Origin: a virus
Strand: one strand, 5' to 3'
Length of the DNA: 25,540 nt
IMG/VR virus record: IMGVR_UViG_3300029775_000166
Span: 83,914 to 109,453 of that record
Position numbers and translations under genes: made by a program. The notes beneath the pieces were generated by a model. The model saw nothing but the letters and a program-made list of their open reading frames with translations. It was not told the origin of the DNA and searched no databases. Shown piece after piece: positions 1 through 10,991 of this stretch (the first letter of the stretch is position 1; each line of letters opens with the position of its first letter).

Positions 1-1292
1 AGTGGGTTATTATGATCGTGTTCAAAACCACCTTCAGGACTAACACCTAGTAATCTATGGATGGTGGATGCTTGAAATCCTGTTGCCTCAATAATTCTTT
101 GTGCTGCCTTTGCAGAAAGTGAACAACATGATACTGAATAATTTGCTGCTGAATAAATTTTAAGCAACGTTCTTGAAATTGTAGTCTTTCCAGTACCACT
201 CTTTCCTACGATTAGAACTACATTATCATCTAATGCTTTTATTACAGTGTCCCTTTGTTCTTCTGTTAATGGGAAACCTTGTTCATCTTCTGCTTCTTTA
301 ATTCCTTGTAATATTTGTTCTTCCGTCAATTCTAATTTAGGATATTTATTCAAGTCTTTAAGAATATTGTAGATATTCAACTCAGTTTGATAATATCTTT
401 TTAATCCAATCTTATCGCCATCAATATGTAATATTCTCTCATGCTCTAACTCTTCTTCAATAATTTGCTTATAAATATCTATACACTCATTAATATTATC
501 AATAACTGCATTCTCTAAGGCATTTTTTGTAACCCACGTATGCCCCTTACTATTACCGATCTCTTCAAAATAATAATTAATAAAAGCATAAGTTCTTTTT
601 GCCGATAATTTTAAACCCGGATTTAATTTGAGTGCTAATTGATCTACTGTCTTAAAGCCAAACCCTCTGAATTGTGTCATTATATAAGGATTATCAATAA
701 GCTTCTGCTTTAACAAAACTGGATTTGGTTCATTCATTAGTAATTTTTTTATCATTTTAAAGCTAACGCCTAACGGTTGTAATAACACCAAAATATCAGA
801 TATAACATAATTCTCTAATACTTTTTCTTTTATATTTTTGTATGTAAATTCTCCAATGCCATGCAAAATAGATAAATCAACATCATCTTTCCCATTAATC
901 ATATCTTCTACAATATTAGGATAAGCAGCTAATAATGTATCACACTGCTTATCCGTTACTAATGATGACAAAAACTTTCTTTGTTGTTCTTCACTCTTAG
1001 GTGCAATCGCTGTTATAGTAATAGGTTTATACTGATACGATTTATATTTTGTATTATAATCCATTGTAGCCGTTACTTCATACTCTGCACCTAAATATAA
1101 ATGTTGCATGTTACCGGCAAGAATACTCATTTTTAAGTTATCGTTTGGAAAATCATCAAATTGATTTTCTGGAACGATATCATATTCTGGGATATCATCC
1201 GATGTATGAAATACATACACACCATAAGATGAATCATCAGAATAAAACCGTTCTGTTTGTGGAGTTATTTTAAACTTTAGTGTTTCTGCCAT
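1..1292 (-). CDS. recD2: RecD2-like SF1B helicase (3' part runs off the window)
   Basis: Hand translation from the ATG at 1292: MAETLKFKITPQTERFYSDDSSYGVYVF..., HhH-like LHGIGEFTY, NPYIMTQFRGFGFKTVDQLA and Walker A GKSGTGKTT near 180-206. Open to the window edge, so absent from the ORF track. Confidence 0.9.
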   Translation of the reverse strand, partial: MAETLKFKITPQTERFYSDDSSYGVYVFHTSDDIPEYDIVPENQFDDFPNDNLKMSILAGNMQHLYLGAEYEVTATMDYNTKYKSYQYKPITITAIAPKSEEQQRKFLSSLVTDKQCDTLLAAYPNIVEDMINGKDDVDLSILHGIGEFTYKNIKEKVLENYVISDILVLLQPLGVSFKMIKKLLMNEPNPVLLKQKLIDNPYIMTQFRGFGFKTVDQLALKLNPGLKLSAKRTYAFINYYFEEIGNSKGHTWVTKNALENAVIDNINECIDIYKQIIEEELEHERILHIDGDKIGLKRYYQTELNIYNILKDLNKYPKLELTEEQILQGIKEAEDEQGFPLTEEQRDTVIKALDDNVVLIVGKSGTGKTTISRTLLKIYSAANYSVSCCSLSAKAAQRIIEATGFQASTIHRLLGVSPEGGFEHDHNNP

Positions 1293-1303
1293 CTTATCCC
1301 TTC

Positions 1304-4300
1304 TTACATTAATTTAGTTAATCTTCTATCTTCCAACCATTGCTGATAAGTTTTAATTTCACTCACTATTGGCTTGTCATTACTCTTTTTACATAGCATT
1401 GTAACTTGATTACCACGTTTAATTAAGTCCTCATATTGTTTATATTGTGTATGCCAACAAATTACTTCGACTAATCCATACGCTGAGTTAATCCAGACAA
1501 ACGCAAATTGTTTGCCTCTTCTGTCTTTTTTCTTTTGTACATTAGAAATAATACCAACGATTATTCCTTTACCGCCCTCATCAACTTCGTCAAATGGCAA
1601 TTTTATATACTTATACGCTTCTACAAATGGATTGTTAGTGATAAATACTGATAGAGCATCAAATTCCCAAAACTGTTCATCTTGTAAATATTTATCATAA
1701 AACTTTTGCATCTCTTCTTGATACTTTTTCTCTTGCTGAACATAAAAGTCTATTCTTCTTGCTTGATTATATAAAGCTAATCTATCTTCTTTTGACTTAA
1801 TAACATCCGTATCAATATTAAATTTGTCTTTTAATATTGATAACTTGGGAAGTGATGTTACATTGCTATATTCTTTCTTCTCAAATTGCTTTGATGCATA
1901 ATTAATTAAAAATTTTTTTTTGTTATTACATGGAATTGCACCGGCTTTAGTTAATGCAATCACTATTGTATTCGATGGATTTATTCTTTCATAGAAATCA
2001 TTAAAACTCTTAAATTCTCCGTTAGCTTGTCTTTCATTTAGAATTATATCTATTGTTTTTTCTCCTAACCCCTTAATAGCGCCAAGTCCAAATAATATCT
2101 TTCCATCTTTAACTGTAAAATCTAAATCTGATTTATTCATATGAGGTGGAAGAACCTCAACGCCAAATTCTCTTGCATCAATAATGTATTTATTTAAAGC
2201 GCCATAATCAGTTTTGTTCAAATTAAGCAGCGCCTTAAAGAAATATGCTGTATAATGTGCTTTTTGATAAGCAGTTTTTAGTGTAAGGATTGAGTACAAA
2301 GCTGAATGCGATTTATTAAATAGATAACCACCCTTTTTCTTTAAATCATTACTAATTTCTTTGGAAAGCGGTTCACTATAATTATTATCAATTATTTCAT
2401 GATATAATTTTTCAGATTCGGTTCTAATTAATTCCTTATCCTTTTTACCAATTGCTTTTCTAAATAGATCTGCACCACCATATGTTCTTCCACCAAATTT
2501 TCTAACTATATCCATCAATTGTTCTTGATATATAAGACATCCATATGTAGAATCCAATATTGGTTTCATATCTGGATGAATATATTCAATTGGTTTTTTA
2601 CCATGTTTTCTATCTATGTAATCATCTAAAGCCCCCATACTATCAGGTCTGTAAAGTGCTAATACAGCAGAAACATCTTCAAGTGAAGTAGGTTGTAATC
2701 TTAATAATAAATCTTTCATGCCCTGTGATTCTACTTGAAATACACCGTTTGTTCTTGCAGATTGTAACAGTTCATACATTTTTGTATCATTCAAAAACTC
2801 AGGATTGCTTGCACTAAATTCAAACGGATCTAAATGCAAATCATTTATTACATCTTGTACTATATTTAAAGTTGCTACACCAAGTACATCAAATTTAATA
2901 ATTCCTATTGATTCAATTTTCTTTTTATCAACTTGAATAACTTTTTCGCCTTTTGAACCAATTTTCATTCCCATATAATCAGTGATTTTAGTATCTACAA
3001 TTCCAACACCACCTGCATGAATACTTGCATTACGTACTCTTCCACTAATTTTTGACGCTATATCAAATAATTCTTTATAGTCAATATACTCTTCATTCAA
3101 TGTCGGATTATTTTCAATACATTCTTCGAATGTATCATATGTAAACTTCTTACTAATTTTGTCACAAATGTTATATGGTATCTCTAATACCCTTCCAACA
3201 TCTTTTATTGCTACTATTGGTGTAATATATGAGAAATTAATAACCTGGCAAACTCTATCGCTACCATATTTATTTGTAAGATATTCTACTATTTTATCTC
3301 TATCTGCAAAATCAACATCAATATCTGGCATTGATACACGTTCAGGATTTAAGAAACGTTCAAAGATAAGATTATATTTAATCGGATCTAACTCTGTAAT
3401 TCCTAGTAAATAGTTTACAATAGATGATCCTCCAGAACCTCTGCCATCCCCAACTACAATTCTATTTTTCTTTGCATAATCTACGAAATCCCAAACAATG
3501 AGAAAATATCCATCATAATGCATTTGATGAATAATACCTAATTCATACTCTAATCTTTCTCTTCGTACCTTTTGTTCTTCTACCGATAGCTCATCAAACT
3601 TTCTTTTTTTCCAGCCTAATCCTGTGAGATATCTTAAATATGAACAATTATCATTAAACCCTTCTGGTAATGGATATGTTGGTAATTGTGGTTCTTGGAA
3701 TGGCATATTAACTACATCAATCATATCTGCTATTTTATTTGTATTCTCTAATCCGATGTCTACATTCTGCTTGCCAATTTGTCTGTCCATAATAGCGTGA
3801 ATTTCATCTTCTGACTGTAAATAACAATCATCGTATAATTCAGTTAATGTATCTTCATCTCTTGCAATCTGAATATGTCTTGCCTGATATACTAAATCTT
3901 CTTTTTTAGCTACGTGACTATCTGTTGTAATGGCAAACTCTGTATTAGTATCTACTGATAATTGAAGGATTTTCTTATTGTATTCTTCCTGAGTATCTGT
4001 TGAATGACTTTGCATCTCCAAGTAAAAATGCGGAAATATTTTTTTATATTCATTAATATATGAAACACATTTATCATAATCTGGTTCTCTTGCTAATTTT
4101 GATGCTAAACAAGCAGATAGTATTATTAAGTTATCTGCATATGGCTTTAGCATATTTAAATCAACTCTCGGTTTATAATAAAAGCCATCAAAATTGCTTT
4201 TTGTAATTATCTCATTAAGTGCAATTCTTCCTTGCTCATTCTTTGCTAATGCAATTAAGTGAAAGTATTTATTCTTAGGATCTTGTATTCCTATATCAAA

Positions 4301-4513
4301 ACATTCATATAGCTCCACACCATAAATCATTTTTAAATCCGGATATTTTTGTTTTAATTCATCAAAATAAACCCAACTATATTGATTCCCATGCTCTGTT
4401 ACGGCAAATGCATTAAGTCTTAATTTACTGGCTAACTCTAAATACTCTTCTGGTTTTGAAAACCCATCCAATACAGAAAAATCTGTATGGTTATGTAATG
4501 CCGAATAACTCAC
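1304..4513 (-). CDS. dnaE: DNA polymerase III alpha subunit (C-family, YorL-like)
   Basis: PHP motif HNHTDFSVLDG, GRGSGGSS, LIFERFLNPERVSMPDIDVDF, HAGGV, KFDVLG, YQEQ, FNKSHS and a C-terminal OB fold. Confidence 0.98.
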   Translation of the reverse strand: MSYSALHNHTDFSVLDGFSKPEEYLELASKLRLNAFAVTEHGNQYSWVYFDELKQKYPDLKMIYGVELYECFDIGIQDPKNKYFHLIALAKNEQGRIALNEIITKSNFDGFYYKPRVDLNMLKPYADNLIILSACLASKLAREPDYDKCVSYINEYKKIFPHFYLEMQSHSTDTQEEYNKKILQLSVDTNTEFAITTDSHVAKKEDLVYQARHIQIARDEDTLTELYDDCYLQSEDEIHAIMDRQIGKQNVDIGLENTNKIADMIDVVNMPFQEPQLPTYPLPEGFNDNCSYLRYLTGLGWKKRKFDELSVEEQKVRRERLEYELGIIHQMHYDGYFLIVWDFVDYAKKNRIVVGDGRGSGGSSIVNYLLGITELDPIKYNLIFERFLNPERVSMPDIDVDFADRDKIVEYLTNKYGSDRVCQVINFSYITPIVAIKDVGRVLEIPYNICDKISKKFTYDTFEECIENNPTLNEEYIDYKELFDIASKISGRVRNASIHAGGVGIVDTKITDYMGMKIGSKGEKVIQVDKKKIESIGIIKFDVLGVATLNIVQDVINDLHLDPFEFSASNPEFLNDTKMYELLQSARTNGVFQVESQGMKDLLLRLQPTSLEDVSAVLALYRPDSMGALDDYIDRKHGKKPIEYIHPDMKPILDSTYGCLIYQEQLMDIVRKFGGRTYGGADLFRKAIGKKDKELIRTESEKLYHEIIDNNYSEPLSKEISNDLKKKGGYLFNKSHSALYSILTLKTAYQKAHYTAYFFKALLNLNKTDYGALNKYIIDAREFGVEVLPPHMNKSDLDFTVKDGKILFGLGAIKGLGEKTIDIILNERQANGEFKSFNDFYERINPSNTIVIALTKAGAIPCNNKKKFLINYASKQFEKKEYSNVTSLPKLSILKDKFNIDTDVIKSKEDRLALYNQARRIDFYVQQEKKYQEEMQKFYDKYLQDEQFWEFDALSVFITNNPFVEAYKYIKLPFDEVDEGGKGIIVGIISNVQKKKDRRGKQFAFVWINSAYGLVEVICWHTQYKQYEDLIKRGNQVTMLCKKSNDKPIVSEIKTYQQWLEDRRLTKLM

Positions 4514-6246
4514 TAACGAACCTCCTCATAGTCTTTTACAACAATCTGCGGTGTAAGTATCCCTTTGAAATTATTAATTGACATTTTCCCAATAACATTT
4601 AGATATTTAACCGGTACATCTGCTGTCTCTTCTAAATCTTTATAAGTATTAATTATTAAATCATCGTCACCACAATTAAATTTAATAAATGCAAATCCAT
4701 TTTCATCTGTAACTTTCCATGTGTTTTGTGTTTTACCCATAATTGAAATATCACAAGCATTTACAGGAATATATTTTATTAACACATAGGGTTCTTTGAC
4801 TCCATGACCATACATATCTGCTAAATCACAAATATCTTTAATAAATCCAATTGTTAATTCCTCATAACCCAATTCAAAATCAACATTGTAGTATTTTGTA
4901 AAGTCAACATCACTTAATTTTTCATTTGCTATTTTGATTGCACGTGTAATATTTTTTCTATCAATTGAAAAACCAAATGCAGATGGATGTCCATTTACAA
5001 ATTCAAAGATATTTAAATCATTAAGAAAATCTCTAAAACTATCAAGTGGACTATCATCAAAATTTCTACCGGAGCCACCATAAAGAATTCCATTAGATTC
5101 ATCTTCTTGCTTTCTTAATAACAAACACGGTCTGTTATAGTATTCTGCTAATTTAATTGCTGCTAATCCAGTTAAAGTAGAAGCTAAAACGTCAGTTACA
5201 TTAACAAACATTACTTTATTTTTATATAATTGATCAGCATCAATCAGTTTATGTATTTCAACTACTGCCTTATCAACTGTTTTTCCTTGCCTACTCTTGG
5301 CATTTGTACATAATCTAGCAGCTCTTGTATATATATCTTCATCAACCTCATCTGTTGTCCCACGTTTCTTATATTTAAATACTTCATCTGTTTCTATAAA
5401 CGCCCTGAATAATAGATCCTTTTCATCTGTATCACCTACTCTAATCATGGCATTTAAAAGAGGAGTAATATAAAATTGAATTGTTGTAATATTTATATGA
5501 TCATTCATTGAATATGACTGCTTTTCAATCAATGCTTTAAATAATTTACTTCTTATCTTATTAATTCCTAAATTAACTAAATGCCTAGTCTCAAATTCTC
5601 TCATATCCATAACATCACTAATATTTGCTAATGCTACCATGTCAAGATAATCATCTGCATAGTCGTTCCACATTTCATCATCAACCGCTTGCAAAAATTT
5701 ATATACAATGCCGGCACCGCATAAATTTTTATTTGGATAATCACAAATCTGATTATTTACTGTAATAGCATATGGATTTTCACCTTCATCACATAAGTGA
5801 TGATCCAAAATAATGATATCCATACCCTTATTCCTTAACTCTTTACACTGTTCAAAATCATTCGTTCCTGCATCTGGTATAATTAATAATTTTGTATCTA
5901 TTGGAATGTTAATCTCATTTGATAATCCATGTTGTTTACCACTATGTAACGAATAACTAACCGGTATATTCCCATCTATACTTTTTATATATCTATACAT
6001 CATACTTGCTGAAGCATACCCATCAACATCACAGTCAACAAGTATATGAATTTTATTACTACATTCAACATGTTTTATAAATGTCATTACTGCTTCGTCT
6101 ATATTCTTCAATAGCTTATAATCATGTAAATAATTATCATTCAAATTTAAATAAGTTTTATAATCAATAATTCCACGATTAAGTAATATTGTTTTCTGAA
6201 TATTATTTACATCATTAAGACTATTTTCAATTAATCTATATCTCAT
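4513..6246 (-). CDS. recJ: RecJ-like DHH-family ssDNA exonuclease (YorK-like)
   Basis: DCDVDG, PDAG, ILDHH, LCGAG, GSGR and GHPSAFG motifs of DHH/DHHA1. Confidence 0.95.
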   Translation of the reverse strand: MRYRLIENSLNDVNNIQKTILLNRGIIDYKTYLNLNDNYLHDYKLLKNIDEAVMTFIKHVECSNKIHILVDCDVDGYASASMMYRYIKSIDGNIPVSYSLHSGKQHGLSNEINIPIDTKLLIIPDAGTNDFEQCKELRNKGMDIIILDHHLCDEGENPYAITVNNQICDYPNKNLCGAGIVYKFLQAVDDEMWNDYADDYLDMVALANISDVMDMREFETRHLVNLGINKIRSKLFKALIEKQSYSMNDHINITTIQFYITPLLNAMIRVGDTDEKDLLFRAFIETDEVFKYKKRGTTDEVDEDIYTRAARLCTNAKSRQGKTVDKAVVEIHKLIDADQLYKNKVMFVNVTDVLASTLTGLAAIKLAEYYNRPCLLLRKQEDESNGILYGGSGRNFDDSPLDSFRDFLNDLNIFEFVNGHPSAFGFSIDRKNITRAIKIANEKLSDVDFTKYYNVDFELGYEELTIGFIKDICDLADMYGHGVKEPYVLIKYIPVNACDISIMGKTQNTWKVTDENGFAFIKFNCGDDDLIINTYKDLEETADVPVKYLNVIGKMSINNFKGILTPQIVVKDYEEVR

Positions 6247-6258
6247 TTAACACGCACC

Positions 6259-7284
6259 TTATTTAATTCTAATCATACATTTATCTATAAGTGTCTTAAA
6301 TTTTTCGCTATTATCCGTTGGAGACTCTTTATCATCAAGTATTCCTAATGTATCAATAACAGCATATATAACAACTCCGTCTATAAATCTATTTGCTATT
6401 GTTTGTAATTCTTCTTGTGTTACATCTTTATCAAAAAGAAATATTATATCTGAACACAATCTTGTAAGTTTATCTATCTGACATTTAGATATTCTTTTAC
6501 CACCAATTCCCACTGCATTAAAATATCCCATACTGCACATTTGAAGAACACTTTTTTCACTTTCTCCAACATATACAACTCTTGATTGCATAATATATTG
6601 ATATGTTTTATGTAATCCAAACAATATTTTTGATCTATTGCATGGCTCTATATATAAATATTTTTCTTCGTTCTCACCTATTTTTTCTTCAAATAGTCTA
6701 CCCTTTACTCCTACTAAATTTCCTAACTCATCTCTTATAGGAATAGTAATCCTGTTACTCTCTTCATCGTAACCAATTTCAAACTCTTGTTGAATTTCAT
6801 AATCTATATTGTCATTGTAGAAAAAATCATTAACATAATTTTTATAATAGGAAAGGATGGTTTCAGGAATTGGCTTTAAAGGTTTATCATCAGCCTGTAT
6901 ATTGTCTGTCTGTTGCATTTCAAGTATTAATTTCGTTATTTTAAGGCTTTCCGGTAAATCTTCTTCAAAATCATGGTAGTAATCTATATCAACAACATCA
7001 CATATCCACTTCATTGCTTCATAGAAAGAAGAATCTCTTACAAACTCTACAAGTGATATTAGGTCAGTAGATATATTTCTTCCCTTTGTAATATCTCTTG
7101 TATAATTGAATGTAGTCAAATATGTATTTTCATAAACGGTAATAGCTGTTTGATTATCTCCATCTGGATTAGCTGCTTGATAATAACCATCCTTATGCTT
7201 AATACAATGACAACCTAACTCTCCAAGTATCGTTTCAATATAATTATTTTCTAATATATATTCCTTTAGGTTTTCAATATCCAA
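6259..7284 (-). CDS. dnaG: Toprim DNA primase (YorJ-like)
   Basis: RITIPIRDELGNLVGVKGR, KYLY, LFGL, Toprim VYVGESEK and FLFDKD. Lies between the helicase and RecJ. Confidence 0.88.
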   Translation of the reverse strand: MDIENLKEYILENNYIETILGELGCHCIKHKDGYYQAANPDGDNQTAITVYENTYLTTFNYTRDITKGRNISTDLISLVEFVRDSSFYEAMKWICDVVDIDYYHDFEEDLPESLKITKLILEMQQTDNIQADDKPLKPIPETILSYYKNYVNDFFYNDNIDYEIQQEFEIGYDEESNRITIPIRDELGNLVGVKGRLFEEKIGENEEKYLYIEPCNRSKILFGLHKTYQYIMQSRVVYVGESEKSVLQMCSMGYFNAVGIGGKRISKCQIDKLTRLCSDIIFLFDKDVTQEELQTIANRFIDGVVIYAVIDTLGILDDKESPTDNSEKFKTLIDKCMIRIK

Positions 7285-7305
7285 TTCCTTATTTCCACCT
7301 ACTTT

Positions 7306-8838
7306 TTACTTTTTGACTAGTTCACCTTTTTCAATCCAAATATTTAAATCCAAATCAACTTCCCATATTAGTTTAGTTTTTCTTCCAAATCTATTTTTAT
7401 CAATGCAGTCACAATAGTACCTTTTATTTATATCTAATTCATGCACCACTGAATCTCCCCAATCCGGATTATCACACATATACCCATATTTATGATATTC
7501 ATCCTTATTAATCTCTTTAAATAACATTAATGTATGTAATATATGTTTAATTTGTTTGGCATTTGCAATTTGACTTGAAGTCATTTCATCTGGTTTAACG
7601 TAGTTTGCATCATCTGATAACTGAATAGATAAATATCCAAACATATCTAATTCCTTTGCAATTTCAGTTAATTTTGTAACAGTAGCCTTAAATGCAGCCC
7701 ATTCTCCAATTGCATCTACATCTGATTTAGCAGTATCATAGAAAAAATAATTAATTCCTTGCGTTAAATTAGCTTTTCTAATCTCAAATTCAAGTGTTTT
7801 ATCATCATATGCTGTTGAAACATCTTTAGCAAATATCATTCCTTGTGTTTCATCTTCTATCCATTTGGCGATTTCCATTATTTTATTGTACTCATCAGAG
7901 TTTTCAGAAACCCGCTGCGCGTATTCTTCAATGGTTTCCACTGGATCTCCCCATTCATCTTTAATTGGATAAATGAACTCTCCGAATTTATCTTTGTATA
8001 GACCAAGTGTTAATTCTTTTTCTTTCTTTTTTAACTTTAGACCATGTAAATGCTGAAACTCAGGATTATTAATAACCGTAGTAATCAAAGCATATCGCAT
8101 CTCTTCTATTGTCATCTCATTTAGCAATACAAATACTTTTTCTTTCATTACTAATGCAATATAGGCAATCAATTTAATCATGAATCTACTCTTACCGGCA
8201 TTACTAAGCATTCCCACTGCCATAACAGATTTACGTTTTAACCCACGAAAAATATCATTACATATTGAATATGGCATTGCTAATCCAATATCAGGAGTTT
8301 CCATACATTTAAGTAAGGTACTTGTAATATTACTGTTTAATATCTCTGCTTCTTCATTTGTAAGTATTACTGTATGTATACGATCTGTTTTTCCACGTAT
8401 TAATCTATAAATGTCCATTGCTGTAAATAATTCGAAATTCTTATGATTAATTATTTTTTCTACATTAAATCCATTTCTTTGATATTCTCTTAGTAATGAG
8501 AATTTTTTTAATACTTCAAAATAATTTTCAAAATTCTCTGTAACAGCTAAGTTCATCCAACTATCAATAGTTTTCCAACCGCCATATTTTTTATAAGAAG
8601 CTAATCTATCTGAATCCTCTGTCATAAAGGTACTAATTATTGATTTATTAAATATCTGTGTACGTTTTCGATACATTATTTCTGCTACGTCATAGAAAAA
8701 TCTTGTTGCTTCATCTGAAAAATCATACTTACTTTTAATATGCTGACCATGTTCTATAAATAATTCTGGTTTTTTGTATATACACCCAACCAATAAAAAT
8801 TCATTTTGGATATTAGAAACTGTGTCGATACAAAACAC
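7306..8838 (-). CDS. dnaB: DnaB-like replicative helicase (YorI-like)
   Basis: N-terminal E-x-LVG-x-I..P DnaB-type segment, Walker A variant GMLSNAGKS, NEM, FFYD, SIQLS and DKNRFG. Start uncertain: GTG at 8838, or ATC at 8829 just after SD GAGGTG. Confidence 0.9.
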   Translation of the reverse strand: MFCIDTVSNIQNEFLLVGCIYKKPELFIEHGQHIKSKYDFSDEATRFFYDVAEIMYRKRTQIFNKSIISTFMTEDSDRLASYKKYGGWKTIDSWMNLAVTENFENYFEVLKKFSLLREYQRNGFNVEKIINHKNFELFTAMDIYRLIRGKTDRIHTVILTNEEAEILNSNITSTLLKCMETPDIGLAMPYSICNDIFRGLKRKSVMAVGMLSNAGKSRFMIKLIAYIALVMKEKVFVLLNEMTIEEMRYALITTVINNPEFQHLHGLKLKKKEKELTLGLYKDKFGEFIYPIKDEWGDPVETIEEYAQRVSENSDEYNKIMEIAKWIEDETQGMIFAKDVSTAYDDKTLEFEIRKANLTQGINYFFYDTAKSDVDAIGEWAAFKATVTKLTEIAKELDMFGYLSIQLSDDANYVKPDEMTSSQIANAKQIKHILHTLMLFKEINKDEYHKYGYMCDNPDWGDSVVHELDINKRYYCDCIDKNRFGRKTKLIWEVDLDLNIWIEKGELVKK

Positions 8839-8846
8839 CTCTCATT

Positions 8847-9686
8847 CTAAATTTCATCCAATATTTCATTTATGTTAATTCCACCTTTATTTTTAAGCGG
8901 TTGTCGTATTGTTGTATTTATATTTTCATAATTAATTGTGTCTTGCTTCTGTTCCTTTTTTTCTTCTTGTTCTACTAATGCTATTTTCTGTTTCTCTTTC
9001 CACATTAAATAACCATCATATTTATTAACAAGAATAGCCAAGTCATAAACTATACGTTTATCTCCTGTAATTTCATTTCCTTTTTGTTTGTTTCTTTGAG
9101 CTATTTTATTTAATGTGTTAATTTTTTGTCTCCACATATCAAGTAAATCTTCTGGTGGAATTGGTCTTGTAAGATTTTTATATTTACCGCTGTAAACTTG
9201 TGAGATCTGATACCATGGAACATTAACCACATTATACTGTTCTCTTAAAAATGCATTAACATCCGATTCGGCAAATATTCGTTTTATATTTTTTTGCGCA
9301 TCTTTTTTATACTTATCTATGTTAGTTAAATCAGCTTTTTTTGATTTAAATAATTTTTCAATTTGTATCCTTGCATCTTCTTTATATGTTTCAATGTATT
9401 GTAAAGCAGTTTTCCACTTTGGCGTTTTCATAGAACTACATTTCTCAATAAAACAATTAATATCATAGTACCTACCATCATAGTAAATTACATTATCATC
9501 TGGAGAATTAATAATTATATCCTTCTTACAATACGCACATTTCTTCTTAATACCAGACATATCAATAAAACACTGTTCATCGTAAAAGTGATTATCAAAA
9601 AAAACTACATTAGCATTCGCACCATTCCTCCTTAAAATAATGTTAGATTTACAATGAAAACATTTTCTATTAAAAAGTTCTTCCAT
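8847..9686 (-). CDS. Zn-binding replication protein with two CxxC...YDxxC repeats (YorH position; possible helicase loader or initiator)
   Basis: Repeats CFHC...FYDEQCF and CAYC...YYDINCF; sits between the ATPase and helicase. The start is more likely ATG 9686 (SD-like GTGGTG) than 9743, whose extension overlaps a hairpin. Confidence 0.7.
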   Translation of the reverse strand: MEELFNRKCFHCKSNIILRRNGANANVVFFDNHFYDEQCFIDMSGIKKKCAYCKKDIIINSPDDNVIYYDGRYYDINCFIEKCSSMKTPKWKTALQYIETYKEDARIQIEKLFKSKKADLTNIDKYKKDAQKNIKRIFAESDVNAFLREQYNVVNVPWYQISQVYSGKYKNLTRPIPPEDLLDMWRQKINTLNKIAQRNKQKGNEITGDKRIVYDLAILVNKYDGYLMWKEKQKIALVEQEEKKEQKQDTINYENINTTIRQPLKNKGGININEILDEI

Positions 9687-9705
9687 AATACACCACTTTT
9701 CTATA

Positions 9706-9739
9706 ATATGGGCGATAGATACAATTCCACCGCCCATAT
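9706..9739 (-). other. Intergenic RNA hairpin after the AAA ATPase gene
   Basis: atatgggcg (9706-9714) pairs with cgcccatat (9731-9739). On the minus strand the stem extends through G-U pairs (gtgga/tctat). No U-tract follows. Confidence 0.6.
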
Positions 9740-9757
9740 ACATCTAATACTATCTAA

Positions 9758-10927
9758 TTACCGTGATACGATTTCGTAATATTTCTTTAATTGATCAATA
9801 TCAGTAAGTTTCTGATATGCCTTTGGTAGTTTATTTTCAATTACAATTGCCTGTATTTTAGATTTCTCTACCTGTGGCAGCTTAGTGATAATTTCCTTAA
9901 TTGCATGATGATAATCGCTAGGTGTCTTTAAAGTGGTTTCAGTATTATTCTCACTTTCTTTTTCTCCATTTAGTTCTTCATCAAATTTAGCGTTCTCTTT
10001 TTCAATAGCTCTGCGCTCAATTTCAATAGATTCGTTCATGGTATTTACTACTGTAAAATCTTTCTTTCCTTTATTCTTATCAATGGCTACCTGCCAATCA
10101 AGGATTGACGGCTCGATTAAAATCTCATTCTGTTCATGTACTAATGTTCTATCCTTCTGATCTACAAGTGCCTTAATAATCCCATCATCATCTTTGAACA
10201 TTCTCAAAGCAGTTTTGCAGTTAAATCCAATATCCTTAAATCCATCAACAATAAACTTACCTGTCCTCATTGACTTAATAGAACCATCTTTATCTCTGTA
10301 TGGTTCTGTCTCAGGCTTTTCTCTGCATGTCACAGCAAAATGCTTACCTGAAGATAACAAGTCAAGAATCAAATCTTGTCCTACAAATTTCAATGTATTA
10401 TAGTCTTTAATTTCAATGCTTGCGGATTCAATAGCTACTTCCTTCTCCATACCAATAAGCTCATTCTTATTGGCTCTAACTGTTGCACGTTTCTTAGAGA
10501 AGTCAATAATACTTTGTTGCTTTGCTACATATAGCAATGTAACACCGTCAACAATGATTATATCTGGTCTAAATGGTTGTCCATCAGCATCTAAATACAC
10601 ATCTTCTGTTTCATTGCCATCTTCATCAAAGTCGTAAAAATCTTCTCCATCCTTAGCTCTCTTGATAAAATCTTTTACTTCCGATAATGACTGTGTATAT
10701 ACTATATAAATATTCTGTAAATCGTATCCTTCATTTTCGTATTTCTCTAAGTAGCTATCTACTGATCCTGCTTCCGCATCTATGTATAATACCCTAAATG
10801 GTCTACCTGATTCTGTCTTTAATTTTAATGATTCAAGGCAAAAACTTGATTTCCATGTTCCGTAATCACCATATAATAAAAATCCTAATTTTGTCTTAAC
10901 AGCCTTACCGCCTCTGCCTGTTGCCAA
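9758..10927 (-). CDS. AAA_24/Sak4-like P-loop ATPase (YorG-like), probable recombination or annealing protein
   Basis: LLYGDYGTWKSSF Walker A variant, VLYIDAEAGS and IIIVDGVT Walker B. TTG start with SD GGAGG; adjacent to the SSB-like gene. Confidence 0.75.
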   Translation of the reverse strand: MATGRGGKAVKTKLGFLLYGDYGTWKSSFCLESLKLKTESGRPFRVLYIDAEAGSVDSYLEKYENEGYDLQNIYIVYTQSLSEVKDFIKRAKDGEDFYDFDEDGNETEDVYLDADGQPFRPDIIIVDGVTLLYVAKQQSIIDFSKKRATVRANKNELIGMEKEVAIESASIEIKDYNTLKFVGQDLILDLLSSGKHFAVTCREKPETEPYRDKDGSIKSMRTGKFIVDGFKDIGFNCKTALRMFKDDDGIIKALVDQKDRTLVHEQNEILIEPSILDWQVAIDKNKGKKDFTVVNTMNESIEIERRAIEKENAKFDEELNGEKESENNTETTLKTPSDYHHAIKEIITKLPQVEKSKIQAIVIENKLPKAYQKLTDIDQLKKYYEIVSR

Positions 10928-10991
10928 ATTACATTCCTCCTAATTTTACTGTATGTTTTAAGATGCTATGTTATTTGATGCAAAGTGGTTT

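Noticed and set aside
1304-8838. Intein or intron in DnaE or DnaB
   Set aside because: Lengths are ordinary, motifs are contiguous, and no HN-C/S/T junction or homing endonuclease segment was seen.
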